Source of the DNA: Phyllobates terribilis
Taxonomy: Eukaryota
Length of the DNA: 64,000 bases
Reading direction: 5' to 3'
Assembly (NCBI RefSeq): GCF_046119375.1
Contig: NW_027362770.1
Span: 141,174,001-141,238,000, forward strand
Shown here: positions 13,300 to 27,841 of the stretch, one piece after another
How positions within the stretch are numbered: position 1 is the first letter of the stretch
Layout: the number at the start of each line of letters is the position of its first letter
Notes under the pieces: model-generated
What the model saw: the letters and a program-made list of their open reading frames with translations, nothing else
The model's database searches: none
Told to the model about the DNA's origin: nothing
Translations under genes and position numbers: made by a program

Positions 13300-14760
13300 G
13301 CCGCATCAGAAGATGCAGACTTGCAACTATCTCCGTGCAAGTCCTTGTCCCAGGGCAGTGTTCAATTGTACCTCCCCCATTCCTTGCAACGCAAGCGCAA
13401 GTATGCAGCCTGCCACCCACCCACCCCCAGGCTGCAATACCATACTGCTAGCTTGCACTTGAAATGGGGCCTTTTATTTTGGAGGAGGCTGAAGCTGGCC
13501 ACTACCTCATGACTGCGTAGGCAGCGAGGTCTCCATACTCAGTCCCCAGCCGCCACTATTTCTCCTGGGAACTACCCCCACACTTTTCTTAGCTTGGCCT
13601 GCTTTAGGGCAGCATTGGACGAGCCCACCAGACAACCAGACTCCTCCAGTGGGCCCTGGCTTCTCCATCATGGGAATTGAGAGTGACAAGGTGAGGAGCA
13701 TGATTATGATGATAGAAGTTAGCATCTGCTTTGTTTTCTTGGAATGCAAGCGTAAGTGTGCAGCCTGCCACCCACCCGCCCCCAGGCTGCAATACCATAC
13801 TGCTAGCTTGCTTGCACTTGAAATGAGGCCTTTTAGGCTTGTGGAGGCAGACGCCGGCCACCATGTCATGGCTGCGTCGCCGGCCGGGTATCCATACTCA
13901 GTCCCCAGCCGCCCGGCGGCCGGGTGTCCACACTCAGTCCCCAGCCACCAGGGGGCGGCCGGGTGTCCACACTCAGTCCCCAGCCACCAGGGGGCGGCCG
14001 GGTGTCCACACTCAGTCCCCAGCTGCCCCTATTTGTCCCAATGCGCCTTATAAACAAGCGCGCACACCAAAACATTACCTGTGCCCTCCCCAGTGCATTT
14101 AGTGGGAAGGACAGCCTATTCCGCTGTAGTGTGTGCACGCCAACCCCCTGTTCATGGCACATGCAAAGATGCCTCCCGCCCTGAACCTGTCGTTGCAGAC
14201 TTGCAACTATCCCCGTTCAAGTCCTTGTCCCAGGGCAGTGTTCAATTGTACCTCCCCCATTCCTTGCAATGCAAACGCAAGTATCCAGCCTGCCACCCAC
14301 CCACCCCCAGGCTGCAATACCATACTGCTTGCTTGCACTTGAAATTGGGCCTTTTAGGCATGTGGAGGCGGAATCTGGCCACCAAGTCATGGCTGCGTCG
14401 GCGGCCTGGTATCCATGCTCAGTCCCCAGCCACCCGGAGGCCGGGTGTCCACGCTTGGTCCCCAGCCGCCAGGGGGCGGCCGGGTGTCAATACTCGGTCC
14501 CCAGCCGCCCCTATTTATCCCGGTGCGCCTTATACACAAGTGCGCATACCAAAACATTATCTGTGCCCTCCCCAGTGCATTTAGTGGGAAGGACAGCCTA
14601 ACCACAAACACGTGGACAAGTGAATGTGGCCAGGGATGGTCCATCTCACTGACGCCTTTACACTGGGTTAATATTGTGGAAGAAGGGACACAGTTGGACA
14701 CTGGGATGCAACACGTCCTCCAGACATAGAGGATTGCGGGTCCTGGGTCAATCAGGCTTC
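13300..14760 (+). repeat. Three partial, diverged, inverted copies of the hAT transposase mid-region
   Basis: Plus-strand cacgtggacaagtg..tgtggccagggatggt..cactgggt..gaggattgcggg matches the minus-strand transposase at ~17990-18430. Confidence 0.8.
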
Positions 14761-15446
14761 AACACAAAGTTCAGAAGGTAGACAGCAGCAGTGGTCGGCC
14801 TCCTACACAACAAGTAAATTATTCATGATCATGAGGCCATCCATCTCCTTAGCTTTCTGTTCCTTGGAATGCAAGCGCATGTATGTAGTAGCGGCTAGGC
14901 CTGAGGTGGTCAGCATTTTGGCGCATATCCTACCTCCTCCGAGGATTGCTGGATGTTTTCCTACTACTATCCCAGTTCTATGACTCCCGTTAAAACAAAG
15001 CTTCAGGTGATGAATGATGGATGAGGTGGTGGCAAAGGAGAAAGAGCAGGAGGAACAGGGACCATTCACATCAATATCAGGCCAGTCAACCACACATGTC
15101 TTGTAGGATATGTTTCTGTACCAAAAGGAGCAGTTCGGCTACACAGTTATAGGGCATACAGTAAGTGCAATGCCTACCAAAAATTTTGAGGCACTCCAAT
15201 GCCCCTTGGAAATGACATGGAGGTCAGAGAGCCTTAACTAAACCGTTTTTTCCATTTATAGCAACTGGGTCTCCTGTGCACTGTTGGCCTAAGCAGTGAA
15301 TGGAAAAATTATGAGGAACTGCAATGCCCCTTGAAACAGACGTGGATTATAGTGTACTAAAAACCTTCAACCCATTATTGGGGAGTGGGTCTCCCTTAGT
15401 GTTCGCCTATGCATTGAAAAGCAAAAGCTGACTAAAATTAGGAGGA

Positions 15447-15985
15447 AATGCAATGCCCGTTGGAAGAGTCGTGTAGGTTAGAGGTAATTAAAAACAACAT
15501 TTCAATGCCCCTTGGAAGAGCTGTGGAGTTCAGAGTGGTTTAACAAGACGGTTGAAATGCCCCTTGGAAGAGACGTGGAGGTCCCATTGGAATAAAAAGA
15601 CAATATCAATGCCCCTTGGAAGAGTGGTGGAGGTTACAGTGGAATAAAAAGACAATATCAATGACCCTTGGAAAAGACGTGGAGGTCACAGAAGCTTAAC
15701 AAGACGATTTTAATGCCCCTTGGAAGAGACGTGGAGGTCACAGTGGTTTAACAAGACGGTTTTAATGCCCCTTGGAAGAGACGTGGAGGTCCCAGTGAAA
15801 TAAAAAGACAATATCAATGCCCCTTTGAAGAGTGGTGGAGGTCCCAGTGGAATAAAAAGACAATATCAATGCCCCTTGGAAGAGTGGTGGAGGTCGCAGT
15901 GGAATAAAAAGACAATATCAATGACCCTTGGAAGAGACATGGAGGTCACAGTAGCTTAACAAGACGATTTTAATGTCCCTTACAA
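15447..15985. repeat. 52-bp tandem array inside the hAT, ~10-11 copies
   Basis: Unit aatgccccttggaagag(ac/tg)gtggaggtc(c/a)cagtggaataaaaagacaatatc. Confidence 0.9.
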
Positions 15986-16269
15986 GAGCCATGCAGTAAA
16001 GCATATTAAAAACATTATTCCCATTATTGGGGAGTGGGTCTCCCATAGTCTTTGGCTATGCCTTCCAAGCAAAAGCTGCCAAAAATTAGGACAGAGGAAC
16101 TTGCAATGCTGGCAACACGGACCACGGTCACCCTGGTGGTATAGTGGTGGTGGAGGCTGAGGATAAGGATAAGAGTAAAAACAGCCGAAATCAGGAAGCG
16201 TATACCCATGTGTGGGTGTGAAGCGGTGCATGGGAATACACCTCCCGAAATAACACAGTGGATTTGACT

Positions 16270-19200
16270 TTATGTTACTCTGCTGTCATTTGGTGGTGAT
16301 GAGAAGTCTGGCCCAATCCAGCCCTTGTTTATTTTGCACTTATCAGTTATAATTCCCCCAGCGGCACTAAAAACACGCTCCGATAACACACTAGCGGCAG
16401 GGCAGGCCAGGACCTCCACGGCGTAGAGAGCGAGTTCATTCCAAGTGTCCAGCTTGGATACCCAATAATTAAAAGGCACCGAGGAATCACGGAGGACGCT
16501 GGTACGGTCGGCAAGGTACTCCCTCACCATCTTTTGAAACTTTCCACTCCTTGTGAGAGTACCCCACGCCTCAGGGCCTATAAGCTGGGCGGGTCTCAGA
16601 AAACTGTCCCAGAACATTGACAGTGCTCCCCTGCCTCTGCTGGATTAGAGTTGCATCTCTCTTGCCTGTACGTCTTGGTTGGTCAACGAACTGTGACCTC
16701 TGCCGCTAGCATGTTCAGATTGGAATTTTTTTAACAGTTCTGCAGCAAGGGCCTTCTGGTACTGCCCCATTTTTGTAGACCTCTCCACCTCAGGAATAAG
16801 AAAGTGAAATATCTCCTTGTAGCGGGGTCTAAAAGTGTCACCAACCAGTAATGACAGTCACCCAACATTTTGACAACGCGAGGGTCATGGTTAAGGCAGC
16901 ATAACATAAAGTCAGCCATGCGTGCCAGACTGATAACGGGCAAGACTTCCGTGTCCTCACCAAGATGACGACTGACCATGCTCTCCTCATCCCCCCTGTC
17001 CTCAGGCCACCCACGCTGAACCGACAGTATGACAGTTGTACAGGTACTACCGTCTACAGCGCATGATACCAGCTCCTGTTCTTCCTCCTCCTCCTCCTCT
17101 CCCTCATTGTCCCCCAATGCACGTTGGGATGAGATGAGGCTGGGCTGTGTGTAATCGACCGCTACGGCTTCTTGATCCATCTCATCATACTCTGGCTGCA
17201 ATGCCTCCTCTTTAATTCTCTGCAGAGAGAATTGCAAAAGACAGACAAGTGGGATGCTCACACTAATGATGGCGTCATCGCCACTCACCATCTTGGTGGA
17301 CTCCTCAAAGTTTGTCAATATGGTACATATGTCAGACATCCAGGTCCACTCCTGAGGTCCTATGTGTGGAGTCTGACCTGAATATCGACGGCCTTGTGGC
17401 AGCTTGTACTCCACAACTGCTCTCTTCTGCTCACAAATCCTTTGCAACATGTGGAGGGTAGAGTTCCAACGTGTGGGGACATCACACACCAGTCGGTGTG
17501 ACGGAAGCTGCAAATGCTGCTGCAACACAGCAAGGGCGGCGGAAGCTGTAGCTGACTTCCGAAAAGGAGCTGACAGGCGGCGTACTTTGACAAGCAGATC
17601 TGGCAACTCGGGGTACGATTTAAGAAACCGCTGAACCACAAAGTTAAGCACATGAGCTAGGCATGGTACGTGTGTGATCTCACCTCGCCTCAGAGCCGCC
17701 ACCAGGTTACGGCCAATGTCACACACGACCATGCCTGGATGTAGGTTCAGCGGTCTCGGCCACAGATGCGCCTGCTCTTTCACAGCTGTCCACAACTCAC
17801 AAGCAGTGTGAGGTTTCTCACCTAAGCTTATGAGTTTCAGCACAGCCTGTTGCCACTTGGCTGAGGCAGTACTGCAGTGCTTCCAGCTTGTAACTCATGT
17901 GGTGATATCTGAGATGGAGGCTGAACATGAGGAGGAGGAGGAGGATGAAGCGCAGGAGCTGTACACTGTGGGGGCAACTCTGATTGACATAGGGCCCGCA
18001 ATCCTCGATGTGGGGAGGATGTGTTCCGTCCCAAGGTCCGACTGGGTCCCGGCTTCCACTATGTTTACCCAGTGTGCCGTCAGGGAGATGTACCATCCCT
18101 GGCCACAAGCACTTGTCCACGTGTCCGTTGTCAGGTGGACTCTCCCAGTAACTGCGTTGTTGAGGGCACGGCAGATGTTTTGGGACACGTGCTTGTGTAG
18201 TGCGGGGATGGCACACCGGGCAAAATAGTGTCAGCTGGGGACAGAGTACCAAGGGACGGCCACCGACATAAGGTTGCGGTAGGATTCCGTCTCCACCAGC
18301 CTAAAAGGCAGCATATCCAAAGCAAGCAGTCGTGAAATGTGCGAATTTAGGACTGTGGTCTGTGTGGCGTTGGCTGCGAATTTGCGCTTTCGTTCAAAGG
18401 TCTGGGATACGGACAATTGAATCCTGCAGTGGGACGTGGACGTTGATGCTGTTTCTTGAGAAACTGCCATAACAAGTGAAGACTGAGAGGAGGGGGCATC
18501 TTTGCATGCAGTATGGACAGGGGATTGCCTTGCACGCACAACAGGGAGTTCTCTTACACGCACAACAGCGGAAGAAGCAGTGGTGACACCCGCTGACACT
18601 GGTCGTGGACCCTGGGTTTCGCCCCACAAAGTAGGGTGCTTTGCTGCCATGTGCCTGATCATGCTGGTGGTGGTCAGACTGGTAGTTTTGTCACCCCTGC
18701 TGATGCTGGCCTGGCAGGTAGAACAAATAGCCCTTTTTGGGGTTATCAGCAGAGTCTTTAAAAAATATCCAGACTCTGGAAGACCTACCGGTTGTACTGA
18801 CAACGTCCCTCGTGTTGGTGTTACGGGGAACGGTTGCCCGCCTTCTGTGTACGGCCACCACACTGCTTCTTCCTGCCTGTTGGGGTACTCTGCCTCCCTC
18901 ACCCTGTGTGCTACAGGCCTCGCTCTGCGTGTCCTCCTGCCACGTTGGGTCAATTACTAGATCATCCACCACCTCCTCCTCTTCCACTACCACGATCCTC
19001 CTCCTCACTTCATGGCAATTGTGTCTCGTCTTCGTTCACCTCTTGTGACAAATTGCCAACGACGCCTTCCTGTGGCCGTGGCTGTTCAAATATTTGGCCA
19101 TCGCTACATGGGATCTCCTCTTCCACCACTTCAAGCGGAGCAGGCGAGGGGCCCAAATATGGAAATGGACCAGTGAACAGCTCTTCAGAGTGTCCAAGTG

Positions 19201-19560
19201 TGGGATCAGTTGCTGTCTGACGACACTCGGCATGGTGGGAGGAAGGAGCATCAGGGTGAGGAGGAGTATGTGGTCGAGACTCACGGCTACTAAACTTGAC
19301 CATGTGGAAGACAGACTGGAGGTGGCGGTGCCCAGGTAACTGGAAGTATTATCTACTATCCAATTAATAACCTGTTCACACTGATCAGTTCTCAATACTG
19401 GTGTTGTTCTGTGCTTCCATAGTAATTTGGTCAAGAACTGGGAGCGAGAAGATGTGGCTGTTGGTTGTGGCACATTTTCACCTTGGCCACGGCCCCGTCC
19501 TCTGCACGCACCATCACCAGAACGTCCACTTCCACGTCCCTTGCCACACGCCTTGCCCAT
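16270..19560 (-). pseudogene. hAT transposase pseudogene (BED finger, catalytic core, hATC dimerisation domain)
   Basis: Fragments: VWIFF..AICSTC..SMIRHMAAKHP (BED), HLTTDTWTS, HVPCLAHVLNFVVQ, CDVPTRWNSTLHML, YWVSKLDTWNELALYAVEVLACPAASVLSERVFSAAG; split by frameshifts and stops. Confidence 0.93.
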
Positions 19561-21340
19561 TGTAAATGAAGTAAAATAGCTTACACTCGCTCTATCAATG
19601 GCAAAAGGGTAATAAAAAGGAGATTTGAACAGTGGAAGAGGAAAACCACAGTTCTAGTTCTCTGGCCTACACCAGAATCTTTTAAACAGATATATTTGTG
19701 TCTGAACAGTCAGCGAGACACTCAAACTGTTTTTTTTTATGGAAAAAAGGCAAAAAGGTGGATTACACCCAGATTTAAACCGTGGAAGAGAAAAACCACA
19801 GTTCTAATTTCCTGGTGTATACCAGACTTTTTTAAATAGATATATTTGTGTCTGAACACTCACAAACACACTCAATTTTTTTTTTTGGGGGGGATACCAA
19901 AAGGTTAATAAGACGGGTATTTGTACAGTCTGACTGAGGGGAAAAAAAAATAGGATTTAGATGAAAAAAAAAGGATTTTTTCCTGGCCCCTGAGACCTGG
20001 GGCTAAGTCTAGCAATTTGAGCAGCAGCAGCACACAGGACTGTAATGCAGTGTTTGTTGGTATAACCACTGCGTCTCCTATACAGCCTGCCTGCCTGCCT
20101 GATATCTGGGATGAATATTAGTCCTGAGAAGGACAATTTGTTTGATTTTTCAGGCTTCAGAGACCCTACACTAACTATTTCACAGTATAAATCTCTCCCT
20201 AGCTCAGCAGCACTCTCCCTACACTGTCTGATCCGGAGCGACTGTGTCCAAGATGGCGGCGCCTGGTTTTAAATACTCGAGGTGACGCTGTGCGTCCAGC
20301 CAATCACTGTAATGCCCACAACCAACATGGCTGCGGCATTACAGTGACTGGCTGGCAATCCCTGCATGTTCATTGGCTCTGTAAAGAGCGCCAAACGTGC
20401 AGGGCGGAGACCCGATCTCCCGCCCGAGTAACCCGGAAATGCTCGGTGCTCGCCGAACATCCCGAGTAGAGAGATGCTCGGGCGAGTACCCTACACTACA
20501 AATAATGCAAAATTTTCAATGAAAATCAATTACAAAAATGATTTTTTTAGCCAAAAACAGATGCATTTATGTAAGAAACAAAAGTGGAGAACCACTTTAA
20601 TCCTATGTGTCTCCATGGGAACAGACTACAAAGAAAGAATGTGTAGTCTGATTCTGCAGCTTTTGATATTTATTCTACTTCTTACTAACATGCAATCAAT
20701 AAATCAGCAGAAAATAGGGGGAAGGGTGGATGGAAAAAGGACATCTCTATCAGGGTTTGTTTGTAATCCGTTATAATGGAGAAATACACATTCATCTGCA
20801 TAGGAGCTGTAAACACAAAACGGAAGATTTTTTTTTTTTTTTTACATTTTAGATGCACTGAGACAATAAGAAATTAAACTTACAGCCATAAAATACTGAA
20901 AATACAGTTAGGGAGCTCAGAAAATATCGACGTGATGAATAATGATGCATTTTCGTACACACTGAGGGTCAAACAAGAGGTGGACGATGAGAAAAATAAA
21001 AGCACGGAGCGGCCAAATCCAACTGTGCGGCTGCCGGCTTTGATCTAATATTGAATCCCAACTACAGAGACCTCACACGGTCTGTACACGGCGTTACGTT
21101 GCCTGATAAATCCCACAACATGGCCGAGTACGTCTGATCCTCACAGGCAGCCGCAGGGTTATTTCTACTAGAGCCTGAAGAAGTGATTTCCCAAGTGTCT
21201 CTGATGTAGGCAGAGAAGATGCCAGAACAAGACGTCAGGAGGGCACTTGGTTTACTTTCAGCGGTGATCTTAAGACATGTTCAACATTTTCTTACATTTT
21301 CTCTATAAATATGCATCTATCTATACATATATATATTATT

Positions 21341-22812
21341 TTCTAAAGTGCCAATGACATGAAATTCTCCCCAGATGTCAGTAACAACCCATCCAATCCA
21401 CACAGGCAAAGAAATCAAACCATAGATGTCCATAAATTAAGTTATGTGTAATAATGAGAAATGACACAGGGAAAAAGTATTGAACATATGAAGGAAGAGA
21501 GGTTACAAAGCTACGGAAAGTCATAACACCAGCTGAAAGCTGTCAGTAATTTGAAAACAATCCTGCCACTTAGTGACAAATAATATCAGCTGGTTCAACT
21601 GATGGCCTATAAAAAGGTGTCACACACCTTTTTGTGTTGGGTAAAACCAGTGAGCTTTCTCAAGACCTTTGCAACCTTATTGTTGCAAAACATACTGATG
21701 GCATTGGTTACAGGAGAATTTCTAAACTACTGAAGGTTCCAGTGAGCACTGTTGGGGCTATAATCCGGAAGTGGAAAGAACATCATTTCACCATAAACCG
21801 GCCATGACCAGGTGCTCCCCACAAGATTTGAGACAGAGGAGGGAAAATAATTATAAGAAGAGTTGTCCAAAAGCCAAGGACCACCTGTGGAGAGCTACAG
21901 AAAGACCTGGAATCAGCAGGGTACAATTGTTTTAAAGAAAACTATTAGTAATGCACTCAACCTCCAAGGCCTGTATGCATGCTCACCACGCCAGACTCCA
22001 TTGCTGATCAAAAAGCATGTTCAAGTTTGTTCTACAACATTTAGACAAGCCTGTGAAATACTGGGAAAATATAGTCTGGTCAGATGAGACCAAAATTGAA
22101 CTCATTGGATGCCATCATACACACCATGTTTGGAGGCCAAAAGGCACTGCATATCACCCCAAAAACACCATACCAACAGTAAAGTTTGTAGGTGGGAACA
22201 TCATGGTGTGGGGCTGTTTTACAGCATACGGCACTGGCAAACTCCATGTAATTGAAGGAAGGATGAATGGACAAAGATAAAAATCTGCTGCCATCTACCA
22301 TGATGATGAAGATGAAACGAGGTTGGACATTTCAGCAAGACAATGATCCCAAACACACAAACAACTCACAATTGGTTTCAGAGAAAAAAAATAAAGCTGC
22401 TAGAATGGCCGAGCCGATCACCTGACCTGAATCCAAGAGAAAATTTATGGAAGGAACTAAAGCTCAGAGTTCATAAAAGGAGGCCACGGGACCTTCAGGA
22501 TGTGAAGAGTGTTTGTGTGGAAGAATGAGCTAAAATCACACCTGAGCAATGCCTGCGACTAGTTTCTCCATATAGGAGGTGTCTTGAAGCTGTCATAAAC
22601 CAACAAAAGGTATTTGTACAAAGTAGTAACTAAGTTTCATTAAGCCTGTACAATACTTGTTCCCTGTGTCATTTCTCATTTATACACATCAATTAATTCA
22701 TGGACATCTATGGTGTGATTTCTTTGCCTGTGGGGATTGGATCTGGTGAAAATTTTACGTCAATAACAACATTTACTTAGAAAATTGGTGACGTGTTCAA
22801 TACTTATTTCAC
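21341..22812 (+). mobile_element. Tc1-family element with long inverted ends; transposase pseudogene
   Basis: Inverted ends 21341-21490 and 22630-22812; disrupted transposase with [44 protein letters not shown]. Confidence 0.9.
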
Positions 22813-23043
22813 ATGGTGATTATAAAGAGCAGACTAAAGACAAAGAGGATCCTGTGAGCACCGCGCCCTTGTAAAGACTATAAAAATTAGCACTTAATAA
22901 AAAGGCCCACATCTCAGGAATCATATGGCGGATTTAAAAAAAAAATAAAAAATGAATACTCTGGAGAGCAGTGGGAATAAAATAAGAGCAAAAATTGTTC
23001 ACATTTGACCTGGTGACAGGTCCTCTTTGAGGATGGAATTTTA

Positions 23044-23247
<204 letters not shown>

Positions 23248-23439
23248 TCAGAGGATCAGCCACTTTTAAGTCAACACAAACTAAAGGGGCTATCAAGGAT
23301 TATTTTCATGTTTTCAGTCCCAAAAAATCCCTTCAAAGTGCCGTCCACAAAGTATCTCGGTCCTGTCTAACTTGCTGTGCACTGCCTGTTGTCAAGAGCA
23401 ATCTGGCTTTAATATGGGAGGAGCTAAGTCAGATTAGCA

Positions 23440-24950
23440 GAAGTGGGGGGCGGGTCTTCCCGTCGCTACGCGAAGTCGGGGCGGGTCTTCCCGTCGCTAC
23501 GCGAAGTCGGGGCGGGTCTTCCCGTCGCTACGCGAAGTCGGGGCGGGTCTTCCCGTCGCTACGCGAAGTCGGGGCGGGTCTTCCCGTCGCTACGCGAAGT
23601 CGGGGCGGGTCTTCCCGTCGCTACGCGAAGTCGGGGCGGGTCTTCCCGTCGCTACGCGAAGTCGGGGCGGGTCTTCCCGTCGCTACGCGAAGTCGGGGCG
23701 GGTCTTCCCGTCTCTACGCGAAGTCGGGGCGGGTCTTCCCGTCTCTACGCGAAGTCGGGGCGGGTCTTCCCGTCTCTACGCGAAGTCGGGGCGGGTCTTC
23801 CCGTCTCTACGCGAAGTCGGGGCGGGTCTTCCCGTCTCTACGCGAAGTCGGGGCGGGTCTTCCCGTCTCTACGCGAAGTCGGGGCGGGTCTTCCCGTCTC
23901 TACGCGAAGTCGGGGCGGGTCTTCCCGTCTCTACGCGAAGTCGGGGCGGGTCTTCCCGTCTCTACGCGAAGTCGGGGCGGGTCTTCCCGTCTCTACGCGA
24001 AGTCGGGGCGGGTCTTCCCGTCTCTACGCGAAGTCGGGGCGGGTCTTCCCGTCTCTACGCGAAGTCGGGGCGGGTCTTCCCGTCTCTACGCGAAGTCGGG
24101 GCGGGTCTTCCCGTCTCTACGCGAAGTCGGGGCGGGTCTTCCCGTCTCTACGCGAAGTCGGGGCGGGTCTTCCCGTCTCTACGCGAAGTCGGGGCGGGTC
24201 TTCCCGTCTCTACGCGAAGTCGGGGCGGGTCTTCCCGTCTCTACGCGAAGTCGGGGCGGGTCTTCCCGTCTCTACGCGAAGTCGGGGCGGGTCTTCCCGT
24301 CTCTACGCGAAGTCGGGGCGGGTCTTCCCGTCTCTACGCGAAGTCGGGGCGGGTCTTCCCGTCTCTACGCGAAGTCGGGGCGGGTCTTCCCGTCTCTACG
24401 CGAAGTCGGGGCGGGTCTTCCCGTCTCTACGCGAAGTCGGGGCGGGTCTTCCCGTCTCTACGCGAAGTCGGGGCGGGTCTTCCCGTCTCTACGCGAAGTC
24501 GGGGCGGGTCTTCCCGTCTCTACGCGAAGTCGGGGCGGGTCTTCCCGTCTCTACGCGAAGTCGGGGCGGGTCTTCCCGTCTCTACGCGAAGTCGGGGCGG
24601 GTCTTCCCGTCTCTACGCGAAGTCGGGGCGGGTCTTCCCGTCTCTACGCGAAGTCGGGGCGGGTCTTCCCGTCTCTACGCGAAGTCGGGGCGGGTCTTCC
24701 CGTCTCTACGCGAAGTCGGGGCGGGTCTTCCCGTCTCTACACGAAGTGGGGTCGAGTCTTCCCGTCTCTACACGAAGTGGGGTCGAGTCTTTCTTTCTAC
24801 ACAGGAAGTTGAGGCGGGTCTTTGTCTCTGCACCATAAGTGGGGGAGGGTCTTTGTCCCTCTACAGGAAGTGAGGATGGATCTTAGTCTCTCCACAGGAA
24901 GTGAGGGCAGATCTCTCTCTCTACAGGAAGCTGTGGATGGTCTTTGTCTC
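23440..24950. repeat. 31-bp CpG/GC-box minisatellite, ~42 near-perfect copies plus degenerate tail
   Basis: Unit gaagtcggggcgggtcttcccgtc(g/t)ctacgc. Confidence 0.97.
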
Positions 24951-25334
24951 TCAGTTACTGCTCTCCTTTCCATTATCCCGCATAGAAGCATAACAGAGTT
25001 GACTATTTGAGTTGGGGAGAGGCAAAACCATGGCAGGAGCAATGTATGCTGGAAAGTGAGGGAACGTAAGTTCCAGCATCTATAGCACTGGCAGAATGCT
25101 AATGAAGAGGAACCTCCCACTCAAAAAGTGTGGATGCTAAGTTACAGAATATGAAAGTCGGGACAGTTACTGGACATATCTAATTGGCATGTGCACCAAA
25201 ATCAGTCTTGCGTTATTTGGGGATGAGGGCAGACCATGATTTGTACAGATTTTTGCGTGAAAGGACAGGCATGCTTTCACATTCCTGCCATCAGTAGATG
25301 ACAGACGGTGTAATTCCATGATGTGACACGCTCA

Positions 25335-25538
<204 letters not shown>

Positions 25539-25786
25539 CTATGGGGAGTGATGGAAGAGAAGTGACACCAGCAAAGCCGGATCCTGTGCAATTAGGAAGA
25601 CATCAGCTTTTTCTAGATAAGAGTCGCCATGTAGAGTCCCCAATAAATCCTGCGAATGAAGGGGTCTCGGAGAAACTTTAGCACTATGCACCATTCACTG
25701 TTCTTCCCTCCACAGCAGCGCTCAGACCATCCGGCTGTGCAGGAAACTGCTGCAGATCTCTGGTTGGAATAGTAATGTTACCATCA

Positions 25787-27000
<1,214 letters not shown>

Positions 27001-27010
27001 TGCAGGAGCT

Positions 27011-27300
27011 TTAAAAGGGTATTCCCATCTCCAAGATCCTATCCCAATATGTAGTGGGTGTAATAATTATATTCATATTAGCAAATAACTCCAATTAGAA
27101 ATAAAGTATAGTTCTTTTGATTCGCTATGTCTCTTACCCCATGTGCAGGGCATTGCAGTAGCTTAGGCATCCATGGTTATGACCACACATATAGTGACAG
27201 TTAGATAGCTCTTAGTGGTCATAACCATGGATACGCAAGCTACTGTAATGCCCAGTACATGAGGTACGCAACATGGTGAATCAGAAGAACTATACGTTCT
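27011..27300. mobile_element. Palindromic T2-type MITE fragment
   Basis: ttaaaagggtattcc start; internal palindrome 27105-27298 (ccatggttatgaccac/gtggtcataaccatgg). Confidence 0.5.
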
Positions 27301-27382
27301 TTGCATAAGATCCAGTCTACAAGGGCTATGAAACCAGATCACTTCCCGCAGTTGGGTAAGTAACTCAATCTCAATATAGTTA

Positions 27383-27588
27383 GGCTTTGTTCACATCTGC
27401 ATTGCAGGCTCGGTCACATTTGATTGAAAAAAAATAATGTATACGGCGTTATATTTTCTGACGGACACTGTGAGCAAATTTCATGGACTCCTTTAAAAAT
27501 GGGTCAAGTCTGACACTATTGGTAGATGTGACACGGCGCCATACTTTCCTTTATACACGGAAAGCAGGACACAGATGTGAATAGATCC
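27383..27588. mobile_element. PIF/Harbinger-type MITE
   Basis: tta|ggctttgttcacatctg ... cagatgtgaatagatcc imperfect TIRs. Confidence 0.5.
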
Positions 27589-27841
27589 TAAATCCTGGGT
27601 AACAACAGTATTTGGGGGTCATCCTACCTGTGAACACGCTGACCGCTGAGCAGCAGTCGGACCCCAACAGAGCACTGTTTTTTCTACACTGCTCAAAAAA
27701 ATAAAGGGAACACTCAAATAACACATCCTAGATCTGAATGAATGAAATATTCTCATTGAATACTTGGTTCTGTACAAAGTTGAATGTGCTGACAACTAAA
27801 TCACACAAAAATCATCAATGGAAATCAAATTTATTAACCAA

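Larger units (their letters stand above)
12720..20490 (-). mobile_element. Large decayed hAT DNA transposon inside a FAM114A2 intron
   Basis: hAT transposase pseudogene inside; subterminal-type sequences at ~12720-12900 and ~20270-20490. Exact TIRs and TSD not found, so the ends are approximate. Confidence 0.75.
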
